A DNA stretch of 64,000 bases from Stegostoma tigrinum (GCF_030684315.1 NC_081364.1:16273286-16337285); one strand, 5' to 3'; shown: positions 1 to 13,100, counted from the stretch's first letter. The notes: generated by a model from the letters alone, not told the origin. A program made the numbers and translations.

Positions 1-156
1 CTTCTCCTCTATCCATCTTCTATCCGCCTCCCCCTCTCTCCCTATTTATTTCAGAACCCCCTTCCCCTCCCCCATTTCTGAAGAAGTCAGCTTTCCTGCT
101 CCTCTGATGCTGCTTGGCCTGCTGTGTTCATCTAGCTTCACACCTTGTTATCTCTG
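1..156 (+). mobile_element. PLE family B 3' terminus (hammerhead stem deleted)
   Basis: Similar to 8830-9004; ctgaagaa joined directly to gtcagc. Confidence 0.75.
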
Positions 157-849
157 GTATCAAATAATCCTCATTTTGTTTCACTTGATTCTGAATTATA
201 CTTGACTAAGTTAGAAAGCTCAGAATATTTTCTACATTTTAATACCAAGTATTGCACAAACAAAAACAGAAATTTCAGGAGAAGCTCTGCTGCTTTAGGT
301 CCAGTGACCTTCCATCAGAACGGATTGTATTGCATGTATACGATATAAGCAGTGGTTCTTTGCTTTCAGAACAACAATCCTCATCATGTTAATGTAGTTT
401 TTTTTCTATTTCTATTACTTGAATTAGCCATTGCCGTTTGAATAAGAGTCTAAATTTATTTTCCTGCTGTTGACACAAACTTATTGGGAGCTGAGATTGT
501 GCTAATTGTTTCAAATGGTATTCATATCCTGTCAAAGAGAGACCTTGGATGCCACGCCAAATTACCAAAGCGGCACACTACATCATACAGTCCTTAGAAA
601 TTCTTTCTTTTTCTCAGGCTCCAGATCTGAACTATGTCATTGCAGGGAGAGGGTAGAATATAAATCAGGATTGTATGGTCAGAAAAATAGAAAATTATAG
701 TAGAAAGAAAAATCAGATTTGACGTTGCCTTGGGCATCTCTGGATTAACCTTAACAGGCACAACCAGGTAGTATTTGTAAAGTAGAGGAAGGTCCATCTG
801 CTATAGTGAAGCAAGTTCAGAGAGAGGAATATACAGAGGCAAAGGTGAA

Positions 850-1064
850 AACAAAAATAGAAATTGCTGGTCAGACTCGGCAGGTCTACCAGCATCTGTT
901 GGGATAAAGCAGAGTTAACATTTCAATTGCAGTGACTCTTCATGACGATGCCAGAATCCAAATGTTACTCTGCTTATTCCCCATAGGTGCTGCCGAACCA
1001 GCTGAGTTCTGCCAGAAATTTCTGATTTTGTTTCAGATCTCCAGCATCTGCAGTTCTTTGTTTT
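850..1064. mobile_element. Palindromic mini-PLE, family C (old)
   Basis: Degenerate inverted arms plus tail; flanking direct repeat gtgaaaaca. Confidence 0.65.
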
Positions 1065-1354
1065 ATAAAAGTGAAAACAGATTGTTTGATTTGAGTGTTG
1101 AGGTAAAGTAATAGACAAAAGAAGTGACAACACTGAAATTAATGTAGAGAATGAAAAGAATACCAAGATACCTTGGAGTGTCCAGTGAAGGAAGTATATC
1201 CAAGATCAGCTTGGATGTTCAAGTTGTCCTGTGACTCAGGTTTCTGATTCTTTTAATGTTCTATTAAGAGAATTGAAATGGCACAGCAGACACAAAACAA
1301 GGTTGATTCAAAACTCACTGCATGTGGATATTATAGACTAGTGTAATATATATG

Positions 1355-1697
1355 AGGGAGGCAATGGCCTAGTAGTGTTATTGTTGGACTTTTAATCTAG
1401 ATACCCAGGTAATGTTCTGGGGACAAGGGTTCGAATCACATCACAACAGATGGTGGAATTTGAATAAGAAAAGTTTGGAATCAAGAGCCTCATGATGACC
1501 ATGAATCAATTGTTGAAAAGCCCATCTGGTTCACTAGCATCCTTTAGAGAAGGAAACTGCCATCCTTATTTGGTCTGATATAGATGTGACTCCAGACCCA
1601 CAGCAATGTGGTTGGCAATTAACTGCGCTCTGGGCAATTATGGATGAGCAATAAATTTTGGCCTAGTCAGCAACAACTCCATCCTGCAAAAGAATTT
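1355..1697 (+). mobile_element. tRNA-head SINE sharing head and tail with the CR1-group LINE at 61134
   Basis: A-box TGGCCTAGTAG (1365), B-box GGTTCGAATC (1428), and a tail similar to 34250-34315. Confidence 0.75.
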
Positions 1698-1799
1698 ATA
1701 ATACTGCACCAAAAAAGGTGCACAGTTTTCCCTTTTGAGTTTTGATTTTAGTTGTAAAATTTAAAGGATATTGTTGTCTTTAAATATCAACATATGAGT

Positions 1800-2420
1800 T
1801 ACTTGAGCTGTCAGCCAGCCATAACTTAATTGTTAGGATTCTTGCATAAGAGTCTGAGTGTGGGTTCAAGTCTCACCTCAGCAACACAAGCACAAAAGCC
1901 TTGGCTGATTGCAACAGATACTGTACTGTCAGATAGGTCATGCTTCAAGAACAAATTCAGTTAACGTTTCAGGGCCAGTGACCCTGCATCAGAACCTGAG
2001 GAAGAGCCACTTGACCCAAAACATTAACTCTGACTTTTTCTTCACAGATGCTGCCAGACCTGCTGAGCTTTTCTGACAACTTCTGTTTTGCTTCCTGATT
2101 TACAGCATCCACAGTTCTTTTGGTTTTTATTTAGGTCATGCTTCAGATGAAATGTGAAACTGAGGTCCCATGTTCTCTGTAAGATAACTGTAGAAAGTAC
2201 AAAGTTTTTAGTCCTGGTATCCCAGCTAATAATTATCCAATCAACATGACCAAAACAAATTATTTGGTCAAGATCATATTGCTTGTAGGAGATTGCTGTG
2301 TGCAAACTGACAGTAATGTTTCCTACATTACAACAGTGACTATCGTTCAAAAGTACTTCATCAGCTGTAAAGCACTTTGAGATGCCTTGAGTTTATGAAA
2401 GAGGAAAATAAATGCTAGTT
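1800..2420 (+). mobile_element. DeuSINE (SacSINE1-like) interrupted by a family C mini-PLE at about 1949-2131
   Basis: Similar to the copy at 36830-37210; Deu-domain-like and tail motifs. The inner insertion has a 14-bp TSD taggtcatgcttca. Confidence 0.65.
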
Positions 2421-2554
2421 TTCCTTCAGTCATATTTTTCTTTAGATGTCACAACATCCACGTTAATCTATCCATAACAGCATTTAAAAAGCCCGAATCT
2501 GGATTTCTTGTTGGAGCAGGGGATGTACATTGGATGAGAGAATGCGTGAAACGT

Positions 2555-2733
2555 CAAAACAGGCCACTGGGCTCATCAAACCCACACCAACCTTCTGAAG
2601 AGCATCCCATCAGACCCACATCCCTACACTATCCCTGTCATTCTTCATTTCCCATGGTTAATCCACCTAACCTGCACATCCCTGGACACGGTGGGTAATT
2701 TAGAATGGCCAATCCATCTAACCTGTGCATTTT
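2555..2733 (-). mobile_element. HE1-like (V-SINE) fragment
   Basis: Reverse complement of gatgtgcaggttaggtggatt..ccat..aaatt, twice. Confidence 0.6.
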
Positions 2734-2734
2734 T

Positions 2735-3520
2735 TTTCTATTGATTTTGTGTGATGTGGGTGTCTCTGACTGGCAGCATTTCTTGCCCATTCCCTTGAGA
2801 AGCTGGTGGTGAGCTGCCTTCTTGAACCGCCGCATTCCTCCTGCTGTAAGTTGACCACAGTGCTATTAGGGAGGAAATTCCAGGATTTTGTCTCAGCGAC
2901 AGTGAAGGAATGGCGATATATTTCCAAGTCAGGATAGTGAGTGACTTAGGAGGGAACTTCGAGTTGGTGGCGTTCCCATATATCTGCTGCCCTTGTCCTT
3001 CTAGATGGAAGTGGTTGTGGGTTTGGAAGGTGCTGTCTGAGGATCTTTGGTGAATTTTTGCAGTGCATCTTGTAGATAGTACACAGTGCGGCTACTGAGC
3101 GCTAGTGGTGGAGGGAGTGAATGCTTGTGGGTGTAGTGTCAATCAATTGGGCTGCTTTGTCCTGGGTGGTGTCAAGTTTCTTGAATGTTGTTGGGGCCGC
3201 ACTCATCCAGGCAAGTGGGGAATATTCCATCACACTCCTGCCTTTTGCCTTGTAGTTGGTGGACAGGCTTTGAGGAGTCAGGAGGTGAGTTACTCGCTGC
3301 AGTATTCCCAGCTTCTGGCCTGCTGTTGTAGCCACTCTATTAATGTGGTGAGTCTAGTTGAGGTTCTGGTCAATAGTAACTCGGAGGATGCTGATAGTGC
3401 GGGATTCAATGATGGTAACACCATTGAATGTCACAGGGTGGTAGTTAGGTTGTCTCTTGTTGGTGATGGTCATAGCTGGCATTTGTGTGGCGTGAATGTC
3501 ATCAGCCATTTGCCAGCCTA
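2735..3520 (-). mobile_element. CR1-group LINE (family 2), 3' portion
   Basis: RT C-terminal remnants (AGQKLGILQRV, VMEYSPLAW); matches 63420-63860 and the tail at 34015-34320. Confidence 0.8.
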
Positions 3521-3571
3521 ATCTTTGGATTGATGTAGATTTAGGTGTAAATAAGTAATATGTACATTTTA

Positions 3572-3789
3572 AGATAATAAAATGTGAGGCTGGATGAACA
3601 CAGCAGGCCAAGCAGCATCTCAGGAGCACAAAAGCTGACGTTTCGGGCCTAGACCCTTCATCAGAGAGGGTCTAGGCCCGAAACGTCAGCTTTTGTGCTC
3701 CTGAGATGCTGCTTGGCCTGCTGTGTTCATCCAGCCTCACATTTTATTATCCTGGAATCTCCAGCATCTGCAGTTCCCATTATCTCTGA
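3572..3789. mobile_element. Palindromic mini-PLE, family A
   Basis: About 85-bp perfect inverted arms plus a 40-nt tail; 16-bp TSD taatatgtacatttta. Confidence 0.9.
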
Positions 3790-5887
3790 TAATATGTACA
3801 TTTTAGTTTGTTTTATCAAATAAGAGTTTTTTTGCATAAGGAGAGGTGCATTTGTTTCATTAAACCAGCTCCAGCTTTTAAATTAAACTTAAAAGAGTAT
3901 AAATGTCTGCATATATTCAATTAGATTGTACAGTTATTTTCCATTTCTTGGGTTTTTATTTCATTTTAGCCACAGCAGCAATGAAGCAGAAGAACGTGAC
4001 AATCACAGCATGGCCAGATTGGAAATGTATGAGTATTGAGAGATTTCTAATTGCTACAAATCATTGGTTCTCTCGGGCTTGCCATTCATTCAAGTAACAG
4101 CTCTGATTTGTTATACCTTTGCTAACAGTACATTGCAAATGCATACTTATGAACTTTACCTAAGCATTGAATAGAGTATTAAATGATTCTACAGATAAAA
4201 TGTCACTGGCTCGAAAAAGTATGATATCAATATAACACCAATTAAACGAGTAAATTAATGGTTATCTCAAAATCATACTGTGAAAAAATATTTTATTTGT
4301 ACCCTTTTGAATACCTGATGTAATTATTTTAATCCATGCACCTCAGAAATGAAAATGTTCTCTACTTTAGGAGTAAACATTGTGAAGTATCCAAACACAT
4401 CAGTGACCATAGCCATCCTAAGCTCAAGTATCACACTGTTTCCCGCCACTCCCCCACCTCCCACCATCACCATCTTGTCAAGCTCGATCAACAAAACATT
4501 TTTAAGACATCTTACCATTGTACCTCAAGCACTGCTGTTATTAGACTGTTGAGACCCAGACTTTGGTTTCAAATGTGCAATCATGATCAACTTCTGAATG
4601 ACATAAATCATTTCCTCCCACACTTTAAAAGCATGGCTGAGCAGGGATAATGTTCAAGTGTACATATTATAGCAGGGAATTGAAACTAGGCCAGTCGATT
4701 GAAGGGCTTGATCCATGACTCTTTCTTCGAACAGGTGACCTATACTCAATTCCCTGTTGCAGCATATGTTTTTGTAGATTACTGATTAATTAGATTATAG
4801 GTAAAGATAAAAGGACAATTTTAGTGGGCAAGAGTTTTTTTTGTATGGCCTCTGATGCACCAACACTTGTATTCAGTTAAGAGCCTCTCACCGTTTGGAT
4901 TGGAAATACATTCAAACATGCTGTTGAAGAGAAATACACTTCACCATCATTTTATGGTAATAACATGCTCAAAATAGATGTCCAGCAAGAGTCCACTTGT
5001 GTTTGCCTCATACCTAAAAATATTTCGGTATAATTTGAAACCTTTAATATATACACTTATTCATTCATTATGGTCTAAGTGTATTAAATGATGAGAGTTA
5101 GAGCAATCACATACCCTTGGGCAAAACAGCTTGCATGGTGTTGCTAGAGGTTTTTATACTGAATATCATCATTTTATTTTATCACGATCTAACAACTGCT
5201 GCTAGGGAAAAACAACCTAACTATCCAGCTGTCTTTCCAGAAAAAGAGCGACCAAATATTTACTGTGGAATGATTTACTGTAGAATGTATCACAAGGCAT
5301 AATATTCCAGCCTGCAATGTAAGTTCTTTTCCATATTTACTTCAATTTATAGTTTTCTCCTGTGTGTGTCTTTTTTCTCATATGCCATCCCATCATAAAT
5401 AGGATGGCAAATGATGCACTCCTAGACAACTGTCAGCAGTGCTGTGTAACTGGAAAACACACAAAAACCAAACCAGAACCACTTTTCCCTCAATATTCTC
5501 CCACACCTTCTGGGAAATTGCCTCACCTCAAGTGCATTTTTCATCTTTTAAATTTCCCAGCCAAGGTCATGAATGCAATATATGCAGATTTACACAATAA
5601 ACCTGCATCTACCCACTCAATGATATAGTGTACTTGACACACCTGTGTATTAGGTCACTGGGAAATATGTGAGAGCTACTCTCTGGGCTTGTCCTGCTGA
5701 TTTTGCTTCTCTCCTTCCCTCCGTAAGAAGGGAGTTTGAAACACCAAACCGCACTTCCTCCAGACAGTTTTTCAATCCTGCTCACCACAGTGTGCTACTA
5801 TTATCATTATTCATTTTAAACTTTAAACTGGGTGAAATTTAAAGTAAAGTAAAATTATTTATTCACTAATGAATATAAATATAGATT

Positions 5888-6090
5888 TGCTCAGTTGGCT
5901 AGGTGACTAGCGTGTGGTGCAGAATAAAGCCAATAGCATAGGTTTAATTCCCATATTGGATGTATCAATTCATGGAGGCTGGCCTTTTACCTCAACCCAT
6001 GCTTGTAGAGGGGTTACCTTCAAGCTATGCGCAACTGTTTCTCTCTCTCTCTAATGGAGGAAGATGCTAAATGTCCCTTGTGAATAATAG
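5888..6090 (+). mobile_element. Degenerate tRNA-derived SINE
   Basis: gctcagttggctagg A-box-like and ggtttaattcc B-box-like motifs. Confidence 0.45.
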
Positions 6091-6946
6091 CTCCTTCCTT
6101 CCACAAGTGAATTCTTTTGATTTCTTCTCTCTTTCTTTCACCTTTAAATAGTTTAGCTGCAGGGTAGCTGATAATCTCCCACCCACTGCTTTTGCCCGCA
6201 CCCAATCCAAAAGGTACCAGGTTTGTTAGTAGATGCATGCTGGTAACAGCTGCCAACCTGAGAGGTAGTAGGGAGTGACAAGTAACCTTCCTGTCTGATG
6301 TTGAAAGATATTGGAGAGGGTTCCTTCCTCCAAACACTACCCAACAACCCTTACTAGACATGCATGAATATTGGTTGATGAGCTAGGATCAGATTTGGTT
6401 AATGCTCCTACAAGTATAACATAGAACATAGAACAGTACAGCATGGTACAGGCCCATCAGCCCACAATGTTGTGCCAACCTGTTATCCTACTAAGATCAA
6501 ACTACCCTGCATACCCTATGTTTTACTATTCTCCTTGTGCTTATCCAAGAGTTGCTTAAAAGTCTCTAAAGTATCTGACTCCACTACTACTGCCAGCAGC
6601 GCATCCCACGCACCCACCATTCTCTGTGTGAAGAACCTACTTTTGACATCTCCCCTGTACCTTCCTCCAATCACCTTAAAATTATGCCCCCTCTTAATAG
6701 TCATTTCTGCCCTGGGAAAATGTCTCTGGCTATCCACTCTATCTATGCTTCTCGTCATCTTGTACACCTCTATCAAGTCACCTCTCATCCTTCTTCGCTC
6801 CAATGAAAAAAGCCCTAGCTCCCTCAACCTTTCCTCATAAGACCTGCCTTCCAGCCCAGGCAGCATCCTGGTAGGGTAGGTCAGTCCTTAGTAAGGGGCT
6901 CACCTTTGTCCCCCTACAACCACACATCAACGAATACCAGTCACGG

Positions 6947-8956
6947 TTGGACATAGAGCAGTTTTTCCGCCGTCTTCGCCTCCATGCCTACTTCTTCAAC
7001 CGGGAACCTAACCCTCCCTCCACTGACCCCTTTACCCGCTTCCAACACAAGTCCTCCCCCTGGACACCACCCCCAGGCCTCCTAGCCTCCCTCGACCTCT
7101 TCATTTCCAACTGCCGTCGAGACATTAACCGCCTCAACCTCTCCACCCCTCTCACCCACTCCAACCTCTCCCCCGCAGAACGGGCAGCCCTCCGCTCCCT
7201 CCGCTCCAACCCCAACCTCACCATCAAACCCGCAGACAAGGGTGGCGCAGTGGTAGTATGGCGCACTGACCTCTACATCGCCGAGGCCAGACGCCAACTC
7301 TCCGACACCACCTCCTACCGCCCCCTCGATCATGACCCCACGCCCGAGCACCAAACCATCATCTCCAACACCATTCACGACCTCATCACCTCAGGGGACC
7401 TCCCACCCACAGCCTCCAACCTCATTGTTCCCCAACCCCGCACGGCCCGCTTCTATCTCCTTTCCAAAATCCACAAACCTGCCTGCCCTGGTCGACCCAT
7501 CGTCTCAGCCTGCTCCTGCCCCACCGAACTCATCTCCACCTATCTGGACTCCATTTTCTCCCCTTTGGTCCAGGAACTCCCCACCTACGTCCGTGACACC
7601 ACCCACGCCCTCCACCTCCTCCAGGACTTCCAATTCCCTGGCCCCCAACACCTCATCTTCACCATGGACGTCCAGTCCCTATACACCTGCATTCCGCATG
7701 CAGATGGCCTCAAGGCCCTCCGCTTCTTCCTATCCCGCAGGCCCGACCAGTCCCCGTCCACCGACACTCTCATCCGCCTAGCTGAACTCGTCCTCACCCT
7801 CAACAACTTCTCTTTTGACTCCTCCCACTTCCTACAGACTAAGGGGGTGGCCATGGGCACCCGCATGGGCCCCAGCTATGCCTGCCTCTTTGTAGGTTAT
7901 GTGGAACAGTCCCTCTTCCGCACCTACACAGGCCCCAAACCCCACCTCTTCCTCCGGTACATTGATGACTGTATCGGCGCCGCCTCTTGCTCCCCAGAGG
8001 AGCTCGAACAGTTCATCCACTTCACCAACACCTTCCACCCCAACCTTCAGTTCACCTGGGCCATCTCCAGCACATCCCTCACCTTCCTGGACCTCTCAGT
8101 CTCCATCTCAGGCAACCAGCTTGTAACTGATGTCCATTTCAAGCCCACCGACTCCCACATCTACCTAGAATACACCTCCTCCCACCCACCCTCCTGCAAA
8201 AATTCCACCCCCTATTCCCAATTCCTCCGCCTCCGCCGCATCTGCTCCCATGATAAGACATTCCACTCCCGCACATCCCAGATGTCCAAGTTCTTCAAGG
8301 ACCGCAACTTTCCCCCCACAGTGATCGAGAACGCCCTTGACCGCGTCTCCCGTATTTCCCGCAACACATCCCTCACACCCCGCCCCCGCCACAACCGCCC
8401 TAAGAGGATCCCCCTCGTTCTCACACACCACCCTACCAACCTCCGGGTACAACGCATCATCCTCCGACACTTTTGCCATTTACAATCCGACCCCAATACC
8501 CAAGACATTTTTCCATCCCCACCCCTGTCTGCTTTCCGGAGAGACCACTCTCTCCGTGACTTCCCCTACAGCATCCCTAAACCAGCCCAGTTCGTCCCCT
8601 CCCCCCACTTCACCACACAACCAGCCCAGCTCTTCCCCCCCACCCACTGCATCCCAAAACCAGTCCAACCTGTCTCTGCCTCCCTAACCGGTTCTTCCTC
8701 CCACCCATCCCTTCCTCCCACCCCAAGCCGCACCCCCATCTACCTACTAACCTCATCCCACCTCCTTGACCTGTCCGTCTTCCCTGGACTGACCTATCCC
8801 CTCTCTACCTCCCCACCTATACTCTCTCCACCTATCTTCTTTACTCTCCATCTTCGGTTCGCCTCCCCCTCTCTCCCTATTTATTCCAGTTCCCTCTCCC
8901 CATCCCCCTCTCTGATGAAGGGTCTAGGCCTGAAACGTCAGCTTTTGTGCTCCTGA
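6947..8956 (+). CDS. PLE reverse transcriptase ORF (669 aa; C-terminus frameshifted by an internal deletion near 8560)
   Basis: Motifs KPADKGGAVVVW, GRPIVS, TMDVQSLYT, QTKGVAMG, RYIDD, FLDL. The frame is open upstream to about 6880. Confidence 0.85.
   Translation: MDIEQFFRRLRLHAYFFNREPNPPSTDPFTRFQHKSSPWTPPPGLLASLDLFISNCRRDINRLNLSTPLTHSNLSPAERAALRSLRSNPNLTIKPADKGGAVVVWRTDLYIAEARRQLSDTTSYRPLDHDPTPEHQTIISNTIHDLITSGDLPPTASNLIVPQPRTARFYLLSKIHKPACPGRPIVSACSCPTELISTYLDSIFSPLVQELPTYVRDTTHALHLLQDFQFPGPQHLIFTMDVQSLYTCIPHADGLKALRFFLSRRPDQSPSTDTLIRLAELVLTLNNFSFDSSHFLQTKGVAMGTRMGPSYACLFVGYVEQSLFRTYTGPKPHLFLRYIDDCIGAASCSPEELEQFIHFTNTFHPNLQFTWAISSTSLTFLDLSVSISGNQLVTDVHFKPTDSHIYLEYTSSHPPSCKNSTPYSQFLRLRRICSHDKTFHSRTSQMSKFFKDRNFPPTVIENALDRVSRISRNTSLTPRPRHNRPKRIPLVLTHHPTNLRVQRIILRHFCHLQSDPNTQDIFPSPPLSAFRRDHSLRDFPYSIPKPAQFVPSPHFTTQPAQLFPPTHCIPKPVQPVSASLTGSSSHPSLPPTPSRTPIYLLTSSHLLDLSVFPGLTYPLSTSPPILSPPIFFTLHLRFASPSLPIYSSSLSPSPSLMKGLGLKRQLLCS
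8561..8670 (+). repeat. About 39-bp tandem repeat x3 inside the PLE (also at 56180-56290)
   Basis: Repeating aaccagcccag..cccc..cccac unit; encodes NQPSSSPPPTAxx in the intact frame. Confidence 0.75.
8912..8942 (+). ncRNA. Minimal hammerhead ribozyme motif in the PLE terminus
   Basis: CTGATGA-A-GGGTCTAGGCCT-GAAAC-GTC-AG. Minimal hammerheads are established features of PLE termini. Activity is untested. Confidence 0.65.
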
Positions 8957-9676
8957 GATGCTGCTTGGCCTGCTGTGTTCATCCAGCCTCACATTTTATT
9001 ATCTCAGCATCCTGGTAAATCTCCTCTGCACCCTCTCTAAGTTTTTCACATCTTTCCTACAATGAAGTGACCAGAACTGAACACAATATTCCAAGTGTGA
9101 TCTAGCCAGAATGTTACAGAGCTACAGCTTAACCTCAGGGCTCTTGCATTCAAATCTCCTGCCATAAAGATTACTTGTGTACATTACTGTATCAGAGGAT
9201 GAGTTTTACCCACAAAGTTGTATTCCAGCAAACAATTAATCCATTCAGGAGATGAAGACCAGAAGAAAAATGGAGGATATGAAGAAAAAGGTCCTTTTAT
9301 CACCTTATTTTGAATTTTGAGGTACCACATAGTGGAGAAAACCTGCTGCAAACATTATCTTGAGAGTTGGAAGTGGATAAAGTGAAAAAGTGAGTTTAAA
9401 ACCTGACACAACATCTGTTACATTAGAAAATCCATATTAGTTTTAACATTATCTATGATATTGATACAACTATAGATGGAGAGGTGCTCAATTACTCCAC
9501 TTATTTTAGCTAAATTATAAACACACTCTGCTTGAACTGGAAGAAGGCATGATGTTGACATAACATGGAGCTGCACCATGACAAAAGCACCCACATGATT
9601 TTTCAGGGTCTCCCAACATGAAATCTGCCTGCCTCTTACTTTGCACGCATAAATAATTTAACTCACAAATTTGCTT

Positions 9677-10100
9677 TGATTTGATTTGATTTATTGTAGG
9701 CATATGTATCTTGATACAGTGAAAAGCTTTGTTTTGCAAGCAGTACTGGCAGATCATAACAAATAAAGTCATTGAGATCAAAGGGTGCTTAGAAGAGTGA
9801 GCCATACAGTTAACACTGCACAGGAGGTGCACAAAGCAAGATCGACATTGTTTAAAATTAGACAGTCCATTCATTAGTCTAACAATGGCAAGGCAGTAGG
9901 ATGTTCTTGAACCTGCTTGTGTGTGTCTGTGTGTGTGTGTGTGTTCAAGCTTCTGTATCTTCTGCCTGATGGAGGAGGTTGGAGGAGAACATTATTGGGT
10001 TGGGAGGGGTCTTTGATGATGTTGGCAGTCTTTCCATGACAACAAAAAGTGTAAGTAGAGTCCACGGATGGGAGGTTGGTTTCCATGATGGTCTGACTTG
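9677..10100 (-). mobile_element. Rex1/Babar-like LINE 3' end containing a (TG)n microsatellite
   Basis: (atcaa)n tail; homologous to 23700-24110. Confidence 0.7.
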
Positions 10101-13100
10101 TCGTAACAGTGGTAAAATTCCTGAAGTTACGATTTAAGGCTTGGGAGGAAAATCAGGACAATTTTCCATGAAATCAAATATCTGATTTTTTCATTCTGAT
10201 CTGATTTTCCCACCTTTCCTACTATTACTCATGTTACACCAAGGAAAGAAACATTGTACCCTTTGTATTTACTTCTATATCATTGCCAGACTGCAGTTTG
10301 TTTTCATTCTAGGGATGCAGAATAAACAAAAACCCCTACAAATTTAAATATTGTTACTTCATTACAAAGTGTTCACATTTGTCCTCCCTTAGGGAAAATG
10401 TCATTCACTGTAGTAATACAGTAATCATGCCGTGTCCCAGTTCCATTTAAAATGTTGCTGCATATTGACCCACTAATGATTGATTCTTGCCAACTAAGAA
10501 ACAATACAGCAGCAAATGCTTTCAATAATTTTCTAAGAACTTGCATTTCTGAAGACACCTGCAGAGTTCAATATTAATGTATGGCGATAAAATTCTGTGT
10601 TCTTATGTCAGTATGAAATCCTCTTGTCGTAAACTAACTATGATGAAAAACTGCTTATAATGAATTTTGACATAACAATACTTCCATATAATGATCTCAG
10701 GCATTGTAACATGTTGTAATTAAATGAATAACACTTACCATTGCACAAGAATGCAATAATTATTTTTTCCTTTTAATGAAAACTCTACATTCGACTTTTC
10801 AAGTGTGTGACCCATTACTGTTGAATCTGTCTAATCAGAAACATTCCCTGTAGGTTTAAATATTTACTTGCATGTTATAAATGCATCAATTTTAATTCGA
10901 ATCTTAGACCTGGTTTGAGGTATCACAATTTCTTTTGAGATATGATGTCAGTCTCATGTGTCCAAATACATGTTTCTGCCTTAGATCAGGAAACATTTTA
11001 GTGTGTTTGATATGTTATAATGATGCTTACTTCCTGCAATTTGAATTTTGCATGATTCATTTTTCTTTGTTTCATATTTTTAGAGATCTATTTTGATAGA
11101 TATGATTCCTTTATTTTCAAATATGGGCTATTGCTTTTTGACCTGAATCTGCTTCCTAGCCTGCCTGAGTGAATTCTAAAGGAAGTTTTTTGAATCAAGT
11201 AAAACAAAAATGGTGCTTGGTGCAGAGCATAGCACAGATAATTATTCAGACACGATGTTATGATAAAGCTCTTCTAACAGTGAAAATATTTACAATAAAA
11301 CCACATTCTTGTCAACACCCATTTATAATGAAACCCAATTAAAATGGAACTATCTTACAATGAATCACTACAATGAAACTTGCTTTGAAACATCCAATAA
11401 TGATTGCCTCCTTTTACAGAAAACCATATATAACAAAATACTGTTAAAATGGAATGATCTTTCAACAAACATGCTAAAATTGAAGCATCCTCATAAAAAA
11501 AAGAAGAAACAGTTACAGTGAAACAATTTTGTCTCCAACACCATAAAGGTTATTACACTGCTTTGAATAGAGGAATCAAAATGGAAATGGACACCATCAA
11601 ATTATTTTCTTGATTTTTTTTTCAGAATTATCCAGCTGGGCACAGAAACCATAATGCAAAATGTAGTTACAAATATAAAATAGCTTCAGTGAATAAGGCA
11701 TTGAGGTGCTGCATCAAACAAAGCAGGTACATTTTGGAGTTAAGCTGTTCAAATTTAGCACTGCAAATAGTATGCAATACATTTCCCCTCCTGCATTTAA
11801 TGTACTTTTCCTTCATTCAAATTTAGTAATCATGAATCTGTATAAAATAAAAGCCCAGTCATTTATAAAATGAAGGGTAGGTGTCACCTTACTATGAAAG
11901 CAAACATTTTACTCACCAACAGTACAGAGTAAGTATATTCTTGTCAGGCTCAAATGTGAAGAATCCCATCTTCTCCAAATATTGAAGTTAAATTTAGAAA
12001 TATACCACAACTAAATCAAGGGAAACTTGGTTGACTTCTAATGGAGTGTGTTTTAAGTGAAGATTTCACTATGACAGCAACACTTAATACAATGTAATAA
12101 CTCAAGGTCTTCACAGGAGCATTATGGGGAAAAATTTGATACGTGAGACAATCTGACAGTGGATAGTGATAAAAATGGATGGAATATTGCGGAAAATCAG
12201 TGGGTTTGAACATGGGATTTATTTGTAAAAAGCACTGATAATTCACCTGATCTCACAATTTCAAAATTAGTAAATATTTAAATGCTTCTTCTTGCCTGGA
12301 GGAGGCCCAGAACAAGTGGCATAACTGCAAGCTTAGCTGGTGATGAGGGTCCTTTGTGCTCCCTTGATCTCATTGGAGGTATACCTCCAGTGTCATGCCT
12401 CCCTTTACCCTTCTGTCCTTATCTTTCAAGATGCCCCTCCTCCTCCCCGTTCACTGAATCCTGTCACCCTCCTTGCTAAAGCCTGCCAGTCAGGGCCAGT
12501 CAATTTCACAGATCTACCTTTGGTGCAATCTCCATTAGCTTTTCTTCTTTAGGAACAGGTTGTAGATCCAGAAGCTGCAACCATTCAGGCCTGGTGCTTA
12601 GGTTGACTGTCAGCTTTCCTAGGCGGGATTTTCCTTCCAGATCGGGCAGAGGTTTCGCCTCAGGGCCTCACAGAGTGGGTACAGCTACTTCTGCTCCCTC
12701 CAAAAGCTGGATTAGAACTCCTTGTCTCCACTCATATCGCATGTGACATCCTCACAGAATGGATGCAGCCAATGTACCATAACGTTAACCCTTCGGAACT
12801 ATTACATTTTACAGCATGTGTAGCTTGAAAACATCATTTTACAGAAAGGATGTGGCCTTCCATACCTTGAATCTTTACGTTTGAAGGCACATAATGTCAG
12901 TTCCAAAGTCTCAGGCAACACAGCAATAGTTGTTCCTTCTTGAGAACAAAATGTATCAAGGTAACAGTCAAAAAATTCTGATCTAAATCATCAGCTTTTG
13001 TTCAAGGGTTAATAATATCCACCAAACCAAGAGAATGTGTAATTTCCACATTTTCTGCTTCACCTTCTTGTTAAATTTGCTGAATTCTCCTTCATTCAGG

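Larger units (their letters stand above)
6874..9004 (+). mobile_element. Penelope-like element (Neptune clade, family A), 5'-truncated, endonuclease deleted, inserted into a CR1
   Basis: PLE RT ORF; 13-bp TSD cagcatcctggta (6861-6873 / 9005-9017); 3' terminus with hammerhead motif ending in attatct. Confidence 0.92.
6419..9160 (-). mobile_element. CR1 LINE 3' part (6419-6873 and 9005-9160), split by the PLE
   Basis: YEERLRELGLFSLERRRMRGDLIEVYK; (tatgttc)n tail. Confidence 0.88.

Noticed and set aside
1355-1445. tRNA gene
   Set aside because: A/B boxes are present but there is no cloverleaf, and the sequence continues into a repeated SINE body.
3572-3789. Recurring palindromic repeats as a CRISPR array or DNA-transposon MITE
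   Set aside because: The copies are dispersed with no spacers or cas genes. The arms are the 3' end of a retroelement, and TSD length and centre vary, unlike a cut-and-paste MITE.
6988-8687. Overlapping alternative-frame and antisense ORFs in the PLE
   Set aside because: By-products of the C-rich, stop-poor PLE sequence with no recognisable domains.
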